DNA of 64,000 bases from Tubulanus polymorphus. Taxonomy: Eukaryota > Animalia > Nemertea. A program made the position numbers and the translations under genes. The stretch lies in assembly GCF_964204645.1 (NCBI RefSeq), contig NC_134033.1, positions 12,718,655 to 12,782,654 on the forward strand, read 5' to 3'. Of this stretch, positions 11,804-25,500 are shown piece after piece. Each line of letters starts with the position of its first letter. The first letter of the stretch is position 1. The notes under the pieces were generated by a model that saw only the letters and a program-made list of their open reading frames with translations, was not told the DNA's origin and made no database searches.

Positions 11804-13543
11804 TTAGCGATATATGCTATCAATGTCACCATAAGCGCCAGATGCTAGAGATATTTCATCAACGCACTTTTTAAGGTCATAATTCAAGACTTCGTACGGC
11901 AAATGGTGAAATTTTGTAGGGTGTTTCCAGACTGTAGATAGAAACTTGCATTATACATGATATCGAAGTAGAATTGAAATTGTTTACACATAATACAATT
12001 TACATACACATACAGCAATAAAAACAGGACTCAAGTTTCTGTGCATGCAAGTACGCGAATTAATTTCCACAGCCAGCAGAATGAACCAGGACTTGCAGAC
12101 AGTCGTGTACCCCGGAGTGTTACGAAGCTTAGCAGAATAGCATTACACGATTTTAAACGAAAAATCAAAAATATATTTCCAAATTCCGAGAAAACGAAGG
12201 TTGCATACATATGTATCAGCTATAACACCATATTTACTCACAGTAAGAAAATAAAAGAAATGAAAAAAATAAATTGTGGCTTTAGTAGAAAAAAAACATT
12301 CATAATATTTGTATAGACGATATAATATATGATAGTAATACAGTTAAATAAACACTGCTTAATCTGGATTGGACTTTTTATTTAACCTAATTTGGACAAT
12401 ATCTATCTACAGTCGACTTATTGTAGAAAACGAAACACAAAACTTAAGTCCAAAAGTGGTCTTAAATCCCTAGATTCGTCCCAAGTTTTTAGATTGGCTT
12501 TTGAACTGAATAAGTCTAATACAGGTCTTCAATCTAAGCGATGGCTGTGCAACTGGTGGCTGGATACAGTTTCACAGTCGTGACTTAGGTTCAAAAGCGG
12601 TGTTGAACCTTAACATTGGTTTTAAGTTGTTAGATTGGCTATAGAACTAAGGACGTGAGACTGGTCATAAGTCTGAGCTATGACTCTGCAACTGAAGCCG
12701 GTTCTACAGTTGCGTATGAGCCTTAAGATTATAAGTTGAACTTGTGTAGTTTCTTTCCACTTTTTAACTGGTACTCACAACCGCGGAACTTGTCAGTCCT
12801 CGTCACATGATGATCCGGATTAAGCAGGTTTTACAATTTAACATGCTGCGGAAACCTTTCAACATTTTAAATATAATAACACTTTATAATTCGAATATAA
12901 ATATAATATATATATATATATAAATTGCATAGAGATTGGGAAGTGGAAACATGATTTTAACATATTGGTTCCACAGTAGACAACAGTGCGGCCATTAGAT
13001 ATTAAAATCAAGTTGGAGAAGCACTGAACGAGAGGTTCTGGAAAGGGTGAGAAAATCCACCAGTTTTACAAATTGAACAACATCTGAAAGTCTGTATCAA
13101 TTCAATATTGATGATATTTGAATATCGATTCAAAATTTCATACAAAGTGGATTCGTTCATTAATTTGTTCAAAGAATAGTTCATCCATGAGGAATCCCTT
13201 CGAAAATAGAATTTCTAAATTCAGGGACAGTTCCTGACAATCAGGGGACAGTCAACTACAGTATTTTCAGAGATAGTTCCTGACAGTCAGGGGACACAGA
13301 CAGTCAGGAGACACGAAACCGTTATTTAGGATCTGTCCTTGCTTTTGATCTTGTATTATATACATACATGTACACAGCAGCATTATCCATTAAAATATAA
13401 TATATCTATTCCTTAGCTTGGAAATATTGACCAGTTAAATATATTCCCAATAAGATACATCACGATTGTATTCTTTTGATTGCGATGTTAACATGAATTA
13501 TTTTACTTTGGCTGTTTTACACCTCGGATTCTAAGCTGGGATT

Positions 13544-16500
13544 TTACAACGTGATGAGGTTTTGTTTATTGACCAATTCGACGTACAGCTTTCCCGGTCG
13601 TACCAGATCTTTCTTGTCCTTCGGTTTACCTTCCAGTCCGACTGATAAGACGTAGCCTTCCTTATCTTCGACCCCGGTGAAAGCGTGACGTCCCATGAAC
13701 TCGTCCAACAAAGTGTTTCGGTTCCAGACCTGTAGCGAACAAAATCAAATGATTCTGCAACATGGCGCGTGTGATTAGCTATAGAAACAAAGTCAGCTTA
13801 GTTAGCTTGGTAATAGAACTAACTAAAATAAGCATAGACTGGTAATTGGACATAAAATTGGTTGTACAAACAAAATCAGCTTCTACTGGTCTTAAGTAGA
13901 ACCAAAATGAGCTAAGACTGGTCTTAAGCTATGAGATTGGTATAGAAACAAAATGAGCTTGAGAATGATCCTAAGTTGGGCTAAAGAAACTAAATTGGCT
14001 TATGATGCACTGGTCTTGAAATCGACACTATCTTACCTGTACCCCTGGGCTAACTTCTGAATATGGAATGGAAATGGGCTCACGAAAGAAGGAATCAGCC
14101 CCCCGATTGAGAACTGAGATGACAGAGGAGTGCGGAGTGTTACATTCAGTTTCACGTAACTGGCTCGGCCTTGGACTGAATGAAAACTTACGGTGACTAT
14201 AATCGGTGATTTGATTGGGTTTTTCCGGTAGAAAATCGCCGACTGATCCCACACTGGATTTAACGTGTCCTTACAAACATTCGTCGATACTTTCTGCCCT
14301 TCGCACTCAATAATACAATACGGGTCAGCTCCTACAAACACATACAACACATATTTAACGCAAGCCATTCCTGAAAAGATTTTGACAACGAATCATGAAA
14401 TCGAAGTTTGAAGCAGACTCGAGATCATAGTGTCAAATTAAGCACATTCCCAATAGATTTTTTAGTCAGTATGGTAGTAATCAGTAGAATAATTATTGAA
14501 TACTTTCAATACGTCATTTTCTACTATGACCAGCCTTAATATGGACAAAGAGTTTGTAAAAATACACATTTTGTGAGCAAGTATCACTTAACTCTTATAT
14601 GCAAATAATTTGACTGAGAAGTAAGGTACTTGAAAATGAAGATCAATTTTACGGTCCAAATCGATTTTGAATGAGAACCAATGATGATTTTAAGTTTGGG
14701 ACGAGTCTGGATAAGAATCGAACACAGTCAGGGAACGAGGGGTAACGTTTATAAAACAAACATTTAACATTACAAAAACGTACAAACCCTTCAAACCGGG
14801 TAAGGAGATTAAACACGTAAAATTCACCCAACCGCAAATTTGTTACGTACAACCATAATTGACTTTTTAATGAATTAACTTGACACAATCATGTAAGTAA
14901 ATGAACCATCCCCATTACAACGAATCATTCGAACATTAAGGTCTCAAATAAAATGTCCTTAAATTTCTTAATTCTAATGGAGTACCGGCACACCAGCTAT
15001 CCCGTCAGATGGCGCCTTTTAGATATCAGACAAACTCGATCAAAATTTGTTCATTTTCATCAAGTAATTTTCATCTCAGTTTTCCGTCTTCCAGTCCAAA
15101 AATCAGGCAAATAATTTACGAATCTAAATAAACTCAGATTAATCTCAAGAGTTTATATGTGGCACAATTACCGTACATCATGCATAGAATGTGAGAAATT
15201 ATTGTTAGTTGAGTTTGAAAAGAAATCCAGCATCGATGTCACACTGTACAGTAGTGAACCTGGTAGATAATGGCGGAATTTTGCTTGCCCCAGTAGCGTT
15301 GCCGGTAACCCATTGCGGGAAATTCACATAAATTCATTGTTAATCATTATCAAAGTATAATCGGAACTACTGCTTTTAACAATACACTCGAATTCAGTCT
15401 CACCTTTCTTGAACACTGCAAATTTCATAGAATGAAAAACGAAGTCGTTAAATAAACTAAATGAGTTGAAATGTAACAGCGTGTATATATGTAAATGTAT
15501 ATATACTGGTTACATCTAACTATATAAAACAAGCAACAGAAAAAAAAAGTGTGAACGTATAAAAATAAATACCCTATTGATAAAAATGATGAAAACAACA
15601 AGCTAGAAATATCTCCTCTGGTCGGTTTTCTATAGCATAACTAGAGGCAAAATGGGATTGGTGTCTACAAAGGACAGCTTTGGCCATCTGGGCCCGGTTT
15701 CATAGACCGAGTATCAAAGTTATCCCTAGGGGTAAATCCTCAATCTGGGTGACAACCACCATAGTTACAATGAGAAACCATGGTTATAACAGACAAATTT
15801 CAAAATGTTCCCAGGGACTATTTTTCTACCAAATCTATGAAACCCAGCCCAGTGTTTAAGGGTTTGAATCCTATCATATTAGTTTTGATGGGTTTCAAAG
15901 GGGTGATTTCTGGGTTGAGACTTAAGACCAAGTTAAGTATAATTTGTCCTTCTAAGTACCAACTGGCGGTATTAAGTTTGGATAGGTATTAATGAGATTG
16001 ATTCTCCTATGAGACTTTAGACCGAGTCGAGGTTTTTCTCCAATCGAACAAATTCAGATCGGTTTTAATCGAGAATAAGCCAATGTTGGAATTGAAATTT
16101 TACTAAATCCCCAGTTCCACAGGTGTGGGTTATGATTTGACTAAGAATCAACTCATTGAAAATGAATTCATGTAATTCTAGTTGAATTCAACGAAGAACC
16201 GCGGAACTGGGTCCTGGTCTAGGCCTAGTTCATATAAACATTCCGACAGAGGAGATTAAAAAAAAACAGAGATCGGTTTTATAGACCGGTTTTAACGATA
16301 AGCCTAGCGTTAATTCAGCTATAAATCAATTGGTTTTGGGCAGGTTTCGATTGAACATACTCCAGTTTCAGAATAGCTATTCCGGATTACAAACTCTCTA
16401 CCGGCCGTTTCTATCGGATTTACGGATAATACTTTTCCGGAATAGGTACAGCGTATTCTGGTCGAAACAAACGTGCCAGAAAATTCCGGAATCGGTAGAG

Positions 16501-19500
16501 GCCGATCGAAACCTGCCTTTCAGTGAAAACAGGTTTATAAAACCAGTCCGAATGGTCTAATTCTCTAGTGCGATATACAACATGCAGCCACAGCATCGCT
16601 TTACTTACCGCCATCTTCATAAAAAAACAACACAATAAACAAGACATTAGTATGAACAACAATTCTAATGACTGATTCAACTATGAAAATTTGATAATTC
16701 GATGCAGGTTCAGGTGCATTCGTAGCTTTCTGTGTCGAGGGAGAAATCAATGCGAAATCATTGATATCATGCTTTTAAATGCAAGGTAAAATTGTAATTG
16801 CTTTCGGGCCAGTCGCTCGCAGGAAGTTTGTTAAAAACAGTGTTTGAATACACTATAAGGATGAAATCTAGCAAGTTAACTCCTAACTTGTTCGAGTGCT
16901 TAGCCGGCAACCATTAACAGGCATGATAACTCAGTATGACTACTGCAAGAGACTGCTATACCAGTTGCCATTGTGAGATATTTCATAGTTCCAGGGCTAC
17001 TTTGAGATATCTCATAATCATTTATATAAGATACCACATAGTTCCAGAGGTAAGCTGATTGCAATTTTGAGACATCTCATTGTTCCAGTGTTAAACCAGT
17101 TGCTTATACAAGACATCTCATTATAATCACTTATATGAGATATCTCATTGATGTGGAGCTAAGCTCATGCCAATTTTGTGCTACACATGCTGCCATTCTG
17201 AGATATCTCGAGATTCTGAGATATCTCTAGTTTCAGTGCTATACCAGATGCCAAACACTGCTTGCTTAAAATCCGACATCCTTCGAACACTGGCCACATG
17301 CGGATGCAAACTTTACCGACCTCCTATCGTATCCTGACGAGCCAAACCTTCCGCTTTCTTCACGACGATTTTCGACACGAGTTCTGGATATTTCGCAAGA
17401 CAGAAACAAGCGCTACGCGGCGGTACATCGCGAATAGCCTCCCTTTAAATGAACGAATGCAACAAATGAATATGAAAGAATCGGCAGAATATGAAAAAGA
17501 GAAACAGAGAGAGGAAATGACCGTTGTATAGTAAAGACTACTTAATCTGAATCACTAGGGCACGCAGACAATAGATGTGCATCAAGAACTTTATTCTGCA
17601 TAGATTTAAGGCCAAGTAAACTTATGAAGGATTCATTTTTGATACACTAGGCATAAAGGTATCTTTTAATCCAGAGGGTGCACAGTCATGGCTGAGATTT
17701 AAGATTAGTCAAAGCCCATCCTAGTTCTATAGCTAATCTAACAACTTAACACCAGTCTTAAGATTTAAGACCACTTTTAGACTTAAAAAATTTCCAGGGG
17801 CTTTATAGATTTAGGTCCCAGGTTAAACGAAAATGTAAGCGCTGGTCTCAGAGGATCAACTGATCCTCAGCGGATCAACTGATCCTCAGCGGATCAACTG
17901 ATCCAGGAGGATCTATTTTCACTTACTTGGCGTGATTGCTGCTTCCGGTGTAAAGACGCAATAAGAACTTCCCGGTTTCCCCCGGGGCGAACGTGGCCGG
18001 AATGATCACGTAGCGCCCCCTAGTGAGTTTATAACGTAAGAAGATGCTGCGACTGTTTTTGAACGAAGACGATTTGACGATTTCCGGCAATTTGTGCACG
18101 CGATATTCGCGATTCAGCTCCACCTGGTGACAAAACGAGAATCAAAGTATATTGTATAGTTCACTTCATTAAGAACAAGGGGGTCCTGAGTTATAGAATA
18201 GTATTCACTTCATTCCGTAAGTTGCCAGCTACTCAAAACCATTCACTACAAATCCTTCTTCATATTCGACTTACTTTTAAAATCGAGAATCCGATCGTTA
18301 ATTTCTCGTTGGTTTGACTGCGTTCGCTTTTCTGCATCAGCGAAAACAAGCATTCGTCGAAATCTTCGGTAACGTCGAATATAAACTGAAAATCAAATAA
18401 AAACAAAGGTGAACGGTTTAAATTCGGGCTGTGATGTTTCGACAAATGTTTCGACTTAATTCTATGAGCAATTTTCAAAACTGAACAGTATTGAGTTCAG
18501 TGCATCTACACCGCAGTGCAGTGTATGTGGTGTATATCTCTATTGAAAGATGTCAGCAAACAGTGAAATATTAGTAATAGTAAGACATTCATAACTAATG
18601 ATACACCGCACCGCGGTGTAGACGCACTAGATCGGTATCCTCATTGCTCAACACGCCAAGGTGGAATTTCTTAGAATTTTGAAATTATCTCCAGGATGTC
18701 TGCACTGAAAGGGGTGCCAAAAATGTTTCCGCCAAAAATGTATAAGCGTTTGAATTCTAACCTGTGGATTATTGAGGAACGTATCTTTGTTGTTCAGACA
18801 TCCGCCGTTTAATTGCGGTCCCTTCCATTCGCTGTCGAATCTCGCGTCGCGGTACGTTTTACGAATGCTGAAAAACGACGTGTTGACGATTCTACAAATC
18901 GAGATGTTCTTGAAGTGTTTGCAGAAATCGTCCAGCGTCATCCTACGAGAAAAAATACAAAATCTCGATTCAGCAATATAACGGTGAGACGAACGTGTTT
19001 GATACCAAGTACATGATATCTCGTAGTTCCGGTTCAGCCATCATTGCCACTATCGCTATACTAGACCTTGACAAATAACAACAGAGCCAAGTAACAATTT
19101 CACGCTGCTTACCAGAATTCGCCATCTTCTTCGAAAGTTAAACCCATTTTTTCGCGGTCTTTTTGACTGATTTTCTGCCAGTGGGGATCGCTGCAAAAGA
19201 TGCAAACCAGAAAACATGTATCAGAAACAAGGAAAATAATGCGTATTTTGTACGTACTGTTACCATAATCAAAAACAGCAAATTTAACGTCACTAGATAA
19301 ACTGGACGAATAAAGATGCCACCGAGAACCTTTTAAGCATGCTAAATTTATGCAAATTTATGCATAGTAAGGTTTGTGCTTGTACTGTATATGTTGTTTT
19401 GTGTAAACGGGTTGGTCTGTAGATTAACAAATTAACTTTATTTTTCAATCAGAAAACTGCTACGGTATATTTCTAAAGAATTGAATTAATCAATTTGGAA

Positions 19501-22500
19501 ACTGACACAAGGAACATTACTGAAATAGTGCCTGAAATAAGGAGCTACCAGAAAGTTTCATATCTCGGATAACCAGGCCTCGAATATTCTATTACAAATA
19601 ATGATATTAATAAATATTATGATAAAAATAATCCACACAATTGAAATAAAAAGTGCGAAATAAAACTGATGATCGATGATACTTTACTTAAGAAAACATT
19701 AGTCGTGTGAATCAAGCAGAAACTAACTACGTAAAAACAAATGTCTTTAAATACTACGATTAGTGTTGAAGCCTCTAAAGAAAAGGTTAATGACCTGGAC
19801 TGATCTATAGCAGACAGACTGTGTATATCAGTATCTGTGAAACTGTCTGGCGATGTGAGTAAGTGTCTATTTATGTGCATCAAATGAGCAATTTTTGCTA
19901 ATATACATTCATTTGTTCTTCGTATGTTTTGCGAGCTACAAACACCGAGGGACCTCATTCCGTCTTCGATTCACTAGTACTTGATCGACAATTTTTACCG
20001 AAATCCTTCACAATCTCCAAGAATTGAGGATGTTATTTGAGGCCGTGCATACGTGAAATTGTTTATACGAATTTGGTTCATTGCATAATAATAACAATAG
20101 TGAACGGAATCCGAGGTTTCCTTGTTATTTCTTTCTTCATTTTTGTGAATTGCAACAACAAGCATTTTTACCCGCATTCATACCTACATATATAACAATA
20201 ATGATAATTGTGGATATTGAAATAGTGTTGAATTATTACAATCAACCCGACTTAATGCGGGAAAACGTCGATGAATATTTGCGACTATATATGTGAGACA
20301 TTCGGTGAACGGTTTGAATTGCGGTGTATTAGATATTTTTTTAGAGAAAAACCACCAAACACTTTCCACGTATTATAACCATTAGATAAATTATACTATA
20401 TATTTTACCATTAGAGACCAATTCGTGAAAACAAAAAGTAAAATTCCGGCATACAATCGTACGTACGTCAACGTCGAGGGTTGGAAAAATAGAATTTTAC
20501 TTTTTATGACCCAAAATCGGCCGCTTCAATATAAATCATACATAAATATAGAGCACGATTTTGAGTGTGATTAATATACAATCACCAACTGAGGAGTTAA
20601 AATATCACAATCACGCCGAATATGATAAAGCAATGCCGACCCGACTCAACTGCCAGCTACCCCCCACCAGGTGGCGCATTTTAAGGGGCCTGATGCGGCG
20701 TTTGTTACCACCCTGGTCCTGGTTTTCTAGATTGGTATCAACTTAAACCTGTGGCCTAACTCGATTGAAAATGCGTTAACCGTTGGGTTTTGAAGATAAC
20801 AACAGTCTGGGATCATTTATTAATTACGTACGCATAAAATTGGAATTTTTCAACCCCCCTCCCCCTTTGTACGCAAAATCTGCCATTTTTTCATATACAT
20901 TAAACATTACAGTACGCAATTGCAATGACCCCTCCCCCTCCCCTAATGCATACGTAATAAATGAATGATTGGCAGAGTAGGGCAGTTTCATATTAAAGCC
21001 ACCTGGTGGATGGTAGATTGCCGCAGTAAGTTCGTCGGGTCCTCATTGCGCCGTCGTTAATACCCCTTCGCGAAATCTCCAGTCCATCGACTCTTCGACG
21101 AGGTCGCCGCTGGCATCGGCGCCGTCGATTTGAACGTCGGCAGAATTTTATCGGGCGAGATTTCGAAGAAAGCGCCTTCGGTCTCGGTCGGAGGAATGAC
21201 TTCTTCTTTAAACGGATTCGTGTCGGCGAGGTCGTTCGTCTCGCCTTCTGCGTCGTCTTCGAACGGGTTTTTACCGGTCGCGGTTTCTTCGTCTTCGAAC
21301 GGGTTTTTACCGGTCGCGGTTTCTTCGTCTTCGAACGGGTTTTTTACCGAGTGTCGAAGGTCCATTTTTGAAATCAGTGTCAGACGCGCGTTGTTTTTCG
21401 ATCGTGTCAGCCGGCGTCGTGCGTTCAGTCGTGAGGCTGTAAGGTTTTATATTCGATCAAATCTTAAAACACTCGGAAGATTTCAGAAATGATTTAAAAA
21501 AAGTTGCGTCGAGCAAAAGGAAATGTTTAGTTTTTAAAGATGTTTTAGTTAATGGATGCATAAAGGTCATATCAAGAGTAATATAGTAGGCTCCGCCTTA
21601 CCTTGGAGTAATCATTAAATGATTACTCCAAGGCCTTACGCAGTAGCATCGGGACTGAAAATATTTCAAAGGATCAGAGAACTGATGGGTTGCGTTGGGA
21701 CTGCTGTAAATATTGAGTTGAGAATCTGGGAACTCATCAGCATTGGGACTGATTTCACTGACTTGAGAGTAGCTTGTGGACTGTTTAATGAAATATGGTT
21801 TTGTTTACCAAGGGTGGAGGATCAGTATTTTAGTGGTCTAAGTTGAGCAGATGAAAAGTTGGTAATAAGGGAAAAGTGAAAGTCTTTCTGCTAGATTATA
21901 CATAAATTCATCTCTGCCTGAAATGTTTTGAGTTTACCGGTACCGACTTAGGCAGAGTCAATTTGTTTTAACACAAGACCCCTGTTTCAAAGACAAGCAT
22001 GAATGGAAGTTAATCCAAAATGTTGAGGATACTCAGTGGGCCTATAGGTCAACTGCTTAATTGATTCAAGATAGATTTAAAGAAGAATTCAAAAGTGACC
22101 TTTTTTAAAAACTGGGCCCAAAAGAGTTTACTTTAATACCTGATCTAAGTAAAAACAGGTGTCAGATTCCAAACAGAAAAGTAACTCAACCCGATGAACT
22201 AGTTTCCTTCCATTTTGTTTCTTTAAATGAAACTTGATTTTTTTCTCTCAGTACGTTGACTTGAGAATATGAAACCAAACTTTTTAAGTTATTGCGAAGC
22301 TCTTGAATAACTAACAAATTGCTTATGAATAGGAGGAGAATTATATCAAGTTCAGTCAAGTAAGCACTCTTAAGCCAGTTCTACTGACTTTATTTTTTCT
22401 TGAATACTTTTTTCACAGAAAGGAAACTGATTCCGCGAGTTGATGGTTTTACCTGTGACCGTCACCACCGTTAGAAGAGCGAGGAGGAACCGAGTAACTA

Positions 22501-25500
22501 GAGGAGTATATACCGCCTCCGGGTACCCAGTCCTCCAGACTCGTGCTAGTGCCTCGACTCTGTTCAACGCTACAGCGAAACAAACATCGATACAAAACAA
22601 TCGGTTAAATCATCGTTTTAGAAGTTAATCATCACTAAAATGATTCGTAGCTTTCTTCTTACACCAGAAAATTATTAAACACCGATATCCGATTAGATCA
22701 CCACCTTTCAACATCATATAAAAAATCCCACATTGAGAATAAAATGAGTCCGAAATGTTTGTTTTAGCTAATGTTTATTCGATTGACTTTATCCCTATAG
22801 TCATTATCAGGAATACTGCCGAAATATTTCTCGAGCCAATATATTATTCCATGTTTCGACTAAACCCTAATAGTCATCATCAGGAATATAATCAGCAATC
22901 TTCAGGAGTTTTCTTGAAGATTGGATATAATCAAAATGTCGAATCAGCTCAAGGAAACATTTGAGACTCTTTTTATCTATGAGTGGGATTTCTAATTATC
23001 TTCACAACGTGGGCGGAAATTTCATTAATCGTTACCTCAATACATATTTAGGAAAAGTCTTTGGAACTGATGATAAGAAATTTTTGCTGATTTAAATATT
23101 TGCTGATTTTCAGAAGTGATCAATTTTTGACAAAATCAAGGGGTTCATAATCAAGATACAATAGATGACATAGCGTTAACCTTTGCCAGCTCGAAAATGA
23201 AAAAAATTGGTCATCACAATTTCCCACTTGACGAACTGACAATCGGTTATAAAGATCTGGTCGTGAAGTTTGTTGTAAAGTGGTTCATACTCGCACAAAA
23301 TAATCATTTCAACGACACTGACAAAATTGTTGTATACAATAATATATAATACATCTTGCAGTTGAACCGAAATTTTAAGTAAAAAATTAAGTGAAAAAAG
23401 TGTCACAAATATTGCAAAAGCCCAACGGCAAATTTCCTAGGTTTTTTAAGATCTCCTAGTCGGCCCGGTTCAGCGGCAAAAACGGAGGAAATTTGGCGAA
23501 AAGTGGCGATGACCCTCGGGCACGCCCAAAAAGTACGTCCCATTATTGCTTTTAACTTCAAGTCTGAACAAGTATCAATACTTTAGAGCGGGAGGTAGTG
23601 GAAAGAGAAGAGATATTTTTTTCGGTACATACTTTTTGAACGCTGCACTTAAATCATGCATACGGTTATGATGATGATAATAATGGAAATTGAAAGCACA
23701 CGAATGAAGGATGGCTAATTTTCAGATAGTTATGTTGAAGCATGATATAGTGACTGTGATACTGTCTGACACTGAGGAATAAGTAAAAAACTCTATTTTT
23801 AGTATATTTATCGAATATACATGTAAAAAAACATAAATTTACGCGTATGCAATATCATGGCAATTATTATATTCATCATCCTGTATTTTTGCGGATTCAT
23901 GACTAAGATCTTAAACCAGTCTAAGTTTATTCAAAACAAAAGATAGCTAGTTAAGACTTACGTAAATCTACATACACAAGTCAAGATCTGAATTAAGGGG
24001 ACAAATCGTTTTCTGCACTACATTGAGAAATGTAACTAAAGATACGTAACAAACTATGCATGCACCGAGCTCTTTTGGGGAAACTTTAAGCCATAGGGGC
24101 CGGCTTATGAGGGGCCAAGAACTTTATACTGGGGGTTCAGTAACCAGTTCCACAGTTGAGAATCTGGGTTCAATATTTACACTCAAAAGTCAAATTCGAG
24201 TTAGATTTCAACCGTAGGCTCGGCTACCACCACTAATCCTGTTGAACCCACACAGCACAGATCAGTTGAATGACAATTTATTTATTATGATATGATTCAA
24301 ATATTGCGTCAAAACTTTCAAAAAGCAGACCTCAGAACTGCAAAAACGCAAAGATTGACAGGAAATGAATATCAGACTGGCAGCTCGAGCTCAATGCGTG
24401 CATAGCGTCTAAACTCCAATAAAAGCGACATCTAATGGTATTATATATTTGGTTATATGATTATAGTCTCTATACCTCCTCAAAATGTATCATATTTAAC
24501 TTATAAAATCTGAAAACACAAGATACGACTTACAGAGAAAATCATTATTATCATTATATTATTATTATCATAAAATCATTACTTATTATAACGATGAATG
24601 GGACTCAACAAATAGAGACAAGTAAATTATGATGACTTCTCCGATTACGTCTTGAGCAAGTTTGACTGTATTAGTCAATCGAGTTTGAGCCCTGTAGTCA
24701 AAAATTTGTCAGTTTGAGCCCTGAAAACTGTTGTCAAATAAAATCAGGCCAAAGTATTTGATCTCTGAAAAATCTTTCCTGGATTGATCCAAAGTTTGAG
24801 GGTCTTACGTATGTCCAACAATTTTACATGTAGCAAGTGCGAGGTAGGTAAACCCTTAGCTGAGAAAGGATATTTCACTCTTTTAGCCTAGAACTGGAGA
24901 GCCACACTTCACAAGGACTCCAGTTGTATCAATAGACTACTTGAAATAAAGTAACACGAGTCTTCAACAGAAAAATAAATCAAACGATCTGTCAAAATTC
25001 AGTCGTTAAAAATTCCAGCAGTGGTATGTACATAGCCTAGTGGGCTATTTACTTTCATATTCCATAATTCATGCCATTTATGTAACTTCAAGCACTGTGT
25101 TTAGAAAGGTTTAAATTTGAAATGTGTATATTTTATGTACAACACCATTAAACTGTTTTAAACAGCCTGAGTGAAGATGACCAATGCGGGACATGGAATC
25201 AGCGATTCAGTGACCACAGATTCAGAAACCTCAGCCATATTGCCCAGGGCCCGTATCATCTTTAACCTGGGGGTTGACTCAATTCCATTTCAATTGAGTT
25301 AACCCCCGGGTTTATACCAGTCTTTAAAACCAGCCCAGTGAAGCAAAAATTTTGAACTGTCCTACTAGTTTGTGTTGTAAATATCTACCGGCGCGATGAG
25401 GACATTTTCCGACTTAGTCAATTTTCCAAATTGTCAGGACAGAACCCACAGAACCAGGTCTGAGGTACAGTGTGAATGGTGAATATTTTGCAATGAAAAC

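Noticed and set aside
15555-15610. Third microexon in the calpain-5 C2 intron
   Set aside because: There is an acceptor-like tract on the minus strand but no convincing frame-preserving donor.
16960-17240. Repeated tgagatatctca palindromes as a regulatory array
   Set aside because: Irregular and degenerate; indistinguishable from a decayed intronic minisatellite.
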